The translations under genes and the position numbers were made by a program. Shown piece after piece: positions 57,601 to 64,000 of a DNA stretch of 64,000 bases. The notes under the pieces are model-generated. The model did not search any database and had not been told where the DNA came from. It was given only the letters and a program-made list of their open reading frames with translations. This DNA comes from an uncultured Acidobacteriota bacterium (GTDB lineage: Bacteria > Acidobacteriota > Terriglobia > UBA7540), in the NCBI GenBank assembly GCA_963804995.1, contig CAWDSK010000003.1:1408001-1472000 (forward strand), read 5' to 3'. Every line of letters begins with the position of its first letter. Position 1 is the first letter of the stretch.

Positions 57601-58266
57601 TCACACCTCATCATCCCCGTTTACCTCAACCTCCTCGGACACACCGTTGCCCGTAGACATATTGAGGGGCTCGCCGGGAGGGATCAAGGACTTGCTCGCC
57701 GCCACTCCATCTGTGGCGGAGGCTCCCGCGCCACCGGTCAGCAGTCTATTCAGAAGCGCAACCTTAACGCGGTTCGATTCCACGAAGTCCACGCCCAGTG
57801 CCGTAAGTGCGGAAGCTGCGTTGTCCCCCAGGGTGATGTAATTCTTGCTCTTGAGGTACCACATCGTGAAGTGCAAATAATCGCGGGGAAACCCCATGCG
57901 CATTTCAACTTCGGCAAGTGAAACTTCCGGGGCATGGGGGGTTGTGCGGCGCTGCATATAGAGCACCGCGAGCACCGCCAACCGCCGGTTCAACTCCCCC
58001 TCGTGGATATCCATAAAATCAATCGAAGTGGAGAGCGGGGCCGGCTTGGGCGCCTGGTTTTTGTAAGTCGCATCGTATTGGGCGCGGCGCTCTGGATCGG
58101 ACAATACGTCATAGGCTTGCTTCAACAGGATGAATTTTTCAGGATCGCCCGTCTCCGGGTTGTCCGGGTGAAAGCGCCCCGCCAGAAATCGATAAACGCG
58201 TTGGATCGTGGTGAACTCGGCGTTGGGGCTGATTTGCAGGAATTCGTAGTAATCCGGGATTTTCAT
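57601..58266 (-). CDS. DnaJ-domain protein
   Basis: DYYEFLQI, HPD motif (RFHPDN), AYDVLSDPERRAQYD. Confidence 0.88.
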   Translation of the reverse strand: MKIPDYYEFLQISPNAEFTTIQRVYRFLAGRFHPDNPETGDPEKFILLKQAYDVLSDPERRAQYDATYKNQAPKPAPLSTSIDFMDIHEGELNRRLAVLAVLYMQRRTTPHAPEVSLAEVEMRMGFPRDYLHFTMWYLKSKNYITLGDNAASALTALGVDFVESNRVKVALLNRLLTGGAGASATDGVAASKSLIPPGEPLNMSTGNGVSEEVEVNGDDEV

Positions 58267-58341
58267 TTTGGCTCTTCGAGTTACTGGGAGTATACACCAC
58301 AGTGCCCTGCGGGTCCACGGGAGGGGGTTCCCGCCGCGCCT

Positions 58342-60444
58342 TTAGGGTTGGATGTTGGTCACGCCCTCTTGTCCAGGGTGGGGGAAATGTTTCTCATACC
58401 ACGCGATGCTGCGGTCGATGGCGTCCGCCAGGTGCCGAGTCTCGTCCAATCCGTGGCCCTCGCGCGGATAGCGCACAAAGATAGTTTCCACGCCCACATC
58501 CTTGAGGGCGATAAAGAACTGTTCGGAATCCGCGATGGGCACGTCCGCGTCGTTCTCACCATGCATAATCAGCGCCGGGGTGTGGACGCTTGCCACATGC
58601 TTCAGCGCGGAACGCTCCCAGGCGAAGTCCATCCAATTGCCCTGGTGCAGAAACTGGCCGAATTCCATCGCTTCAAATTGATTGGCATAGGTCAGGTAGT
58701 TAAAGCTGACCAGATTCGCCACCCCGCGGATGGGCACCGCGGCCTTGAACTCATTCGTCTGGGTGATGAGCCACATGGTCAACTGGCCGCCGTAACTCGT
58801 GCCTTCGAGGCCCATGCGCTCCCGGTCGAGCCACAGATAGCGGCGCAGCGCGGCGCTGACTCCGTAAAGCACGTCCTGGGCTTCATTTCCGTTCTGATCA
58901 CCCAGGACCGCGTCCATGAACTGCTGGCCGTAACCCGCGGAGCCCCGATAGTTCACTTGCAACACGGCCCAGCCGCGCGCGGCGTAAATCTGATTCTTGA
59001 TGGTGAAGGCCGGTCCGCTCTGGGCGTGGGGACCGCCATGCAGGCTCACAATGAGCGGATGCTTGGGAGCAAGCGCCATATCGGGCAGCCCTGCGGTGAT
59101 GCCCAGGGGCTTGGTAAAAAAAGCTTCCACCTCGTATTTATTATCGTTGCTGATGAAGGTGAAGGGCTCAACCTCCGCAATTTTCTTGTGGGCGAGAACT
59201 TCGGCGTTCAAGTCGGTCAGCCTCTCGGCAGGCGCGGCGCCGGTTTGGAGATACAGCTCGGCCATGTCGCGCGGAGTTGTGAGGGCATAGGCAATGGTGC
59301 CACCTTTGCCTACTGACCACCCGCCGACGGTGCCAAGCTCAGCCACCACAACCTGCGGCGCACCCGCCGAACCAGACACGGAAATCGGCAGGCGAGCCAA
59401 GTGAATGCTGCCGCGTTCTTCCTTGGTGAAATAAACCGCGTTGCCCTCCGGAGACCACTGCGGCAACCCCTGGCGGGTGTCAATCCCCGACCCGATTTCG
59501 CGGCGATGGCTGCCGTCGGAATCCATAATCCAGACGTGGCTGGCTGCCGCAATCATGCTCGCGGTAGTCTCCTGGTTCGTCAGCCCACGCCGGTTGGCGG
59601 AGAAGGCAATACGTTTTCTATCCGGTGACCAACGCGGAGCATACTCGCAACTTTCCGTGGCCGTCAGGCGGCGGACTCCTCCATCCGTAACCTTAACCGA
59701 AAACAGGTCGTAATTAAGAAACTCGTCTCGGTTAGGTTCGTGGTTCGAAACAAAGAGGATCTCCTTTCCATCCGGCGACCAGTCGATGGAATGCTCATCG
59801 GTAGTCCCCTGAGTCAACTGGCGAACTTGCCGGGTGGTGATGTCGGCCACGAAGATGTGCATTCGGCGGTTGTCATTGAAATGGGTCATGCCTTCCGTCA
59901 TCGTGGGCTTGTAAAGGTAGCGCGTGATCACCATGGGGTCGCCCGTGGCCTCAGCCGTCTCAGGCCCCGGAGTCGAAGAGATGAAGGCAATCTGCTTGCT
60001 ATCGGGCGACCACGTGACGAGTGCCCCCTGGCCAGGAAGCGGTGAATTTGAGCCTGTGGCCGGAGCGATAAACGTTGCGCTGGAGCCGTCCGCATGCGCC
60101 ACCCAGAGCCCTGCCTGATCGCCCGTGCTGCCAAAATAGGCCAGCCACTTGGAATCCTGCGACCACACCGGCGTTGCTCCCTTTTCTTGGCTGAGGACTG
60201 TAGTCTTGCGGCTCGCGAGGTCCATAATCCACACCTGCGAATAGGGCCGTCCGGGGCGATCGAACCTCGTCACGGTGTAAGCGACGCGCTGATTGTCAGG
60301 AGATAATGCCACCTCGCCCACCGAACGGAAGCGGTAGAGGTCAGCCGTCCCGAGACCTTGCGCCCGTAGGGGAGCGGTCAACACCAGGCTCGCGAGCAAG
60401 GCAATGAATGGAATCGGAATTTTCCCGACAAGTCGCGGTTGCAT
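58342..60444 (-). CDS. S9 family peptidase (acylaminoacyl/dipeptidyl peptidase-like) with PD40 repeats
   Basis: WSPD repeats, HGGP, NYRGS-x-GYG, GTSYGG, HGE-x-D and YPREGH motifs. Confidence 0.92.
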   Translation of the reverse strand: MQPRLVGKIPIPFIALLASLVLTAPLRAQGLGTADLYRFRSVGEVALSPDNQRVAYTVTRFDRPGRPYSQVWIMDLASRKTTVLSQEKGATPVWSQDSKWLAYFGSTGDQAGLWVAHADGSSATFIAPATGSNSPLPGQGALVTWSPDSKQIAFISSTPGPETAEATGDPMVITRYLYKPTMTEGMTHFNDNRRMHIFVADITTRQVRQLTQGTTDEHSIDWSPDGKEILFVSNHEPNRDEFLNYDLFSVKVTDGGVRRLTATESCEYAPRWSPDRKRIAFSANRRGLTNQETTASMIAAASHVWIMDSDGSHRREIGSGIDTRQGLPQWSPEGNAVYFTKEERGSIHLARLPISVSGSAGAPQVVVAELGTVGGWSVGKGGTIAYALTTPRDMAELYLQTGAAPAERLTDLNAEVLAHKKIAEVEPFTFISNDNKYEVEAFFTKPLGITAGLPDMALAPKHPLIVSLHGGPHAQSGPAFTIKNQIYAARGWAVLQVNYRGSAGYGQQFMDAVLGDQNGNEAQDVLYGVSAALRRYLWLDRERMGLEGTSYGGQLTMWLITQTNEFKAAVPIRGVANLVSFNYLTYANQFEAMEFGQFLHQGNWMDFAWERSALKHVASVHTPALIMHGENDADVPIADSEQFFIALKDVGVETIFVRYPREGHGLDETRHLADAIDRSIAWYEKHFPHPGQEGVTNIQP

Positions 60445-60461
60445 ATGTTCCCCTCCGGTCG

Positions 60462-60751
60462 GTAGTGTCCTAGTTTGGGAAAAAGCCCCAAATGACCCCT
60501 CGCCCGTCCCGCCCCGGCTGATGAAAACGCCGGCTGCGGTCCACCCTCTCCCCTCGGAGAGGGCGGTTGCTCAAGGTAAGGTGCGGCGCCGGAGCCACCC
60601 TGAGATCATAGCCTTCTCCCTAGGGGAGAAGGTGGCTGACGTAGGAGGCCGGATGAGGGGTTACTTACAGCCGCAGGGCGTCGAAACAATTTGCAACTTA
60701 TAAAAAATTCAAAAACCATTAACCCGGCGCTACGTCAAACTAGGACACTAC
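60462..60751. mobile_element. MITE-like element with 16-bp perfect terminal inverted repeats
   Basis: GTAGTGTCCTAGTTTG (60462-60477) / CAAACTAGGACACTAC (60736-60751), enclosing two CCCTCTCCC-family hairpins; no ORF. Confidence 0.7.
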
Positions 60752-60913
60752 TCTCCGGTCAGCGCCCCTTGAGAGATGGAATTGGTCGACCATGTTAAAT
60801 GCGCGGCGGGATTCCGGTCAATCCAAAGGTGGAAGCTTGTGGCAAGCGAAGTGTGGCCAAGCCGCATTAGCCCGGATTTCTCATCACGGGTTTGGAAGAG
60901 CGGTGCTACCGGC

Positions 60914-61447
60914 TCATGACTCCTGCCCGCCCTGGAGGCGGCCGATGGTTATGAAAACTACAGAAGGCACTAGGAAAACGAGGATCATCTTCAAATCATC
61001 CGGCACCTGAGGTCCGGACTCTGGCATGTCACCTCCATCGGGTACGGCCTTATTGTGGTGGTTGGGGTCGTAACGAATCGGCAGTGGCGAACCTGGCGGG
61101 TGCTGTGCAACCCACCGGCGCATCAGGGCCGCCTCTTGTGCGGAATACGTAACGCGCGAGCGGAGGCTCGTCGTCACTTCTTCACCGTCCACGGTATAGC
61201 GCAGGCCGGATTCGATGCGCCAGACATATCGCGAGCTGCTGTGCCGACCTCGGGCTAGATCCCGTTGAACGAATTGCTGGGTGATGGTGGCAACCACGCT
61301 GGGCCATTTCGCCTGCCGGCTTTCCTGGTAGGTGTCGATGGCGATTTTGACGATTGACACCAGAGTGCAAAGGGCAAAGAAGTAACCCAGCACCGTTGCC
61401 CATCCAAGTGACCGGCCTGGCTTGCCGCGTCGCAGCACTATTTCCAT
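60914..61447 (-). CDS. DUF3592-like membrane protein
   Basis: TM helix, WPSV-x-A-x-I, Y-x-VDG, G-x-x-x-x-I-x-YDP, then a C-terminal TM helix. Confidence 0.7.
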   Translation of the reverse strand: MEIVLRRGKPGRSLGWATVLGYFFALCTLVSIVKIAIDTYQESRQAKWPSVVATITQQFVQRDLARGRHSSSRYVWRIESGLRYTVDGEEVTTSLRSRVTYSAQEAALMRRWVAQHPPGSPLPIRYDPNHHNKAVPDGGDMPESGPQVPDDLKMILVFLVPSVVFITIGRLQGGQES

Positions 61448-61632
61448 GTCCAAACCCTTAACAAACTCACTAAATCCGGCTTATTTGTGACGAGTCTATG
61501 GCGCTGTGCAATCGATTGCGTTACGGCATACTTTCAGCCCACCTAATATTGAGAATATAAATCCAATTCGCTCCCTCTGTGCACGATTTCTTTTTCGGGA
61601 GGGTCATCACCGCCGCTTTCGATTTCGGCCGC

Positions 61633-62382
61633 CTACCGGTTCATTCCTGCGAACACGGTTTTCACGGTCTCAGGGTGGGTGGCAGCAACCAGTTTCTTGG
61701 CGTCTCCGATGGCGATTTCGTCGCCGCCGATTTCGAGCTCCCTCATGGTCTCCGCGATGAAGGCTTCAAGGGGCATAGGCGGGGGGCCACCGGCCGTCTT
61801 GCGGGGCCCGCCCAGCTCGGTACCGACATAGGGGGGAATCAACTCCAGCACCTTCACTCCCGAAGCTTTCAACTGGTGGCGCAAGGAGAGGGTAAAGGAA
61901 TGAACGGCGGCCTTCGAAGCGCAATAGACGGGAAAGCGCGCCAGGGGAACAAATGCCAGGCCGGAGGAAACGTTGACCAGCACGGCGTTCGCTTGCCGGG
62001 TCAAATGCGGAAGGAACTCGGCCGCCACTCGAATCACTCCCAACACGTTGGTATTGATCTCGTCGAGCAGCCCTTCCTCATCGAGCGGCATGCCCGGAGC
62101 GAGCTCCAGCCTCCGCTGCACGCCGGCGTTGTTAAACACGCAGTTAAGGGATGGGAACTCCGCCACAATTCTTCTGGCGACGCTCCGAATTGCCACGGGG
62201 TCGCGCACATCAAGCCTGAAGTAGCGCATGCCTGGGCACGCCGCCGCGATTTCCTGGAGGCGATCCTCACGCCGTCCACTGATAATGACCTGGTTTCCCA
62301 GCTTATGAAAAGCCTCAGCCAGACCCTTACCAATCCCCGACGTGCCGCCAGTAATGAAGATAGTGTTCGCGTGCATTTGCAT
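61633..62382 (-). CDS. SDR oxidoreductase, DltE-like
   Basis: NTIFITGGTSGIG, NNAG, NVSSGLAFVP and YCASKAA motifs. Confidence 0.88.
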   Translation of the reverse strand: MQMHANTIFITGGTSGIGKGLAEAFHKLGNQVIISGRREDRLQEIAAACPGMRYFRLDVRDPVAIRSVARRIVAEFPSLNCVFNNAGVQRRLELAPGMPLDEEGLLDEINTNVLGVIRVAAEFLPHLTRQANAVLVNVSSGLAFVPLARFPVYCASKAAVHSFTLSLRHQLKASGVKVLELIPPYVGTELGGPRKTAGGPPPMPLEAFIAETMRELEIGGDEIAIGDAKKLVAATHPETVKTVFAGMNR

Positions 62383-62773
62383 GGATTCATCTCCAGATGC
62401 GCTGAACGAGAACCTGTCTTGGCCCGAGCTTTGCGGCCTCGAACCACAGGCCCGATGAGGATATACCAGATTTCTCACCACATGATTGGAAGGGTGAGGC
62501 TGAAGTCATCGCCTAACAACAGAACTTGTGAACTTGAAGGACAGATTCGCCGAGAGTTTCAATCTTGAATTGAGGTTTGTGTGACTGGCCCTGGGCCCCC
62601 GGAAGGGGATGAAAACCAGAAATCATAGCCCTCTCCCGTGGGGTCGCAGATCCGCCGCGGCAGAAGAGGGTGGCGCGCTGCCGACGCTTTCACCAGTCGG
62701 AGTGAAACAGGTGAGGGGTTACTTGGTCTCTTTGGGCAATCTCCGCCCCTCGCCGGCAAATGGAAACATCAGG

Positions 62774-62833
62774 CGTATCCCGTACCCCGTATCCCGTGTC
62801 CCGTACCCCGTATCCCGTGTCCCGAATCCCCGA
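62774..62833. repeat. Heptamer tandem repeat, about 8 units
   Basis: Units ATCCCGT / ACCCCGT / GTCCCGT in succession. Confidence 0.85.
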
Positions 62834-62847
62834 ACAAAGGTCCAGCG

Positions 62848-64000
62848 CTACTTTGCGGGCAACGCAAATGCAACGATATTGGGACCGATGGCCGCGGCCA
62901 CAAACTGTTTCCCGCCAACTGTATAAGTCATCGGAGAAGCCTTGTTTTCCCCATTCGTCACAAAGTGCCACAAAGACTTGCCGTTGCGTTCATCCATGGC
63001 CACAAAATCTCCATCCGGGATACTGTAGAAGATCAGGCCACCCGCAGTCGCCAACAATCCCGCGTCCCGTTTGCCCTCTGCAGTTCCGATTTGCGGCTGC
63101 TCCCAAACCAGTTGGCCAGTTTCAATATTAAGGGCGCGCACGTACTTCTTGGCAGGCTCCTCTGGAGGAGGTTTTTTCTTCCAGTCGCCGGAAGAAAGTA
63201 GGGCCACGCACTTCTCAATCGCCACGAAATAGTAGAGCCGAGTTTTTGGGCTGAAGGCGCTGGAATTCCAATTCGCAGCGGTTTCCGGACAGCTTTCGTC
63301 GGTTTCCTCAAGCAACTGAGGGCGGCCGTCGGGGCCAATCCCGCTCGCCCAAGTGATCCTGTTTATGAAAGGCTTGGCCAGCAGGACCTTGCCGTTCGTC
63401 CGGTCGAGCACATAGAAGAACCCGTTGCGATTGGCGAGAATCAGAATTTTCCGGTCTTCTCCACGATAGCGTGTGTCGACCAAAACCGCCGGCTCCGTCG
63501 CGTCCCAAACGTGAACATCATGAGGAGTGAATTGGTAGTACCACTTTATTTCGCCGGTATCGGGATTGAGAGCCAGGACGCAATCCGTGTAAAGGTTGTC
63601 GCCCATGCGATCGCGGCCGTTGGTCCCGGGAAAAGGAGTGGCGGTGGTCCAGTACAATGTATCGGTTTCCCCGTCATACGACCCAGTGACCCAGGTGGAT
63701 CCGCCTCCCTCTTTCGGTTCAGGGCCCTGCCAGGTTTCAATACCGGGCTCACCCTTGGCGGGGACGGTCCAGCGTCTCCACACGCGCTCGCCCGTATCGA
63801 CGTTGTAGGCGGAGATAAAACCGCGAATCCCCCAGTCAGCCCCCGCCACGCCCCCAATCACCACGTTCTTAACCACCAAGGGCGCCACGGTTGATCCGTA
63901 ATGCTGAGGCTCATCAACCATGTTCTGGTCCCAGACCACTCTGCCTGTGGTACGATTCAGGGCGATGAGGTGAGCGTCGTCGGTGCACATGAACACCTTG
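62848..64000 (-). CDS. PQQ-dependent alcohol dehydrogenase-like protein, C-terminal part (5' end outside window)
   Basis: APLVV, RGFI-x-AY, YQFTPHD-x-x-x-WD, ANRNGFFYVLDR, TAGGL and SPMTY..GKQFV motifs. Confidence 0.88.
   Translation of the reverse strand, partial: KVFMCTDDAHLIALNRTTGRVVWDQNMVDEPQHYGSTVAPLVVKNVVIGGVAGADWGIRGFISAYNVDTGERVWRRWTVPAKGEPGIETWQGPEPKEGGGSTWVTGSYDGETDTLYWTTATPFPGTNGRDRMGDNLYTDCVLALNPDTGEIKWYYQFTPHDVHVWDATEPAVLVDTRYRGEDRKILILANRNGFFYVLDRTNGKVLLAKPFINRITWASGIGPDGRPQLLEETDESCPETAANWNSSAFSPKTRLYYFVAIEKCVALLSSGDWKKKPPPEEPAKKYVRALNIETGQLVWEQPQIGTAEGKRDAGLLATAGGLIFYSIPDGDFVAMDERNGKSLWHFVTNGENKASPMTYTVGGKQFVAAAIGPNIVAFALPAK

Noticed and set aside
1..64000. tRNA or rRNA genes, prophage, integrase or autonomous IS
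   Set aside because: No recognisable cloverleaf or rRNA motifs, phage genes, integrase or transposase ORFs were seen by eye.

Overview
A GC-rich 64 kb bacterial chromosomal segment, most likely from Acidobacteriota (inferred from the Oar-like TonB-dependent receptor, the TPR and sulfatase-TPR proteins, and many Tat-exported catabolic enzymes). Most genes serve carbohydrate and organic-matter catabolism: GH78, GH88/105, putative GH, esterase, CocE/NonD, S9 peptidase, two PQQ dehydrogenases, an MFS transporter and a smoEFGK-like polyol ABC transporter. Many intergenic gaps carry REP/REPIN/MITE-like palindromic elements from several families. Four features stand out. (1) At 22901-25164 a PlpX-like (tyramine-splicease-type) radical SAM/SPASM enzyme sits behind a membrane-anchored fascin-like beta-trefoil protein carrying five VYGGP motifs, a candidate beta-amino-acid/ketoamide protein-modification system, just downstream of an AbrB/RelE-type toxin-antitoxin pair. 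(2) A complete group II intron (41081-42993, minus strand) is inserted precisely inside the 40-bp arm of a REPIN-like element, and its EBS1 matches that repeat. (3) A PQQ dehydrogenase is fused to an ActA-like pentaheme cytochrome c. (4) A 117-bp direct repeat of a TPR gene 3' end brackets a sulfatase-like gene. No rRNA, tRNA or CRISPR array was found. All calls come from reading the sequence and recalling protein families; no database search was run.
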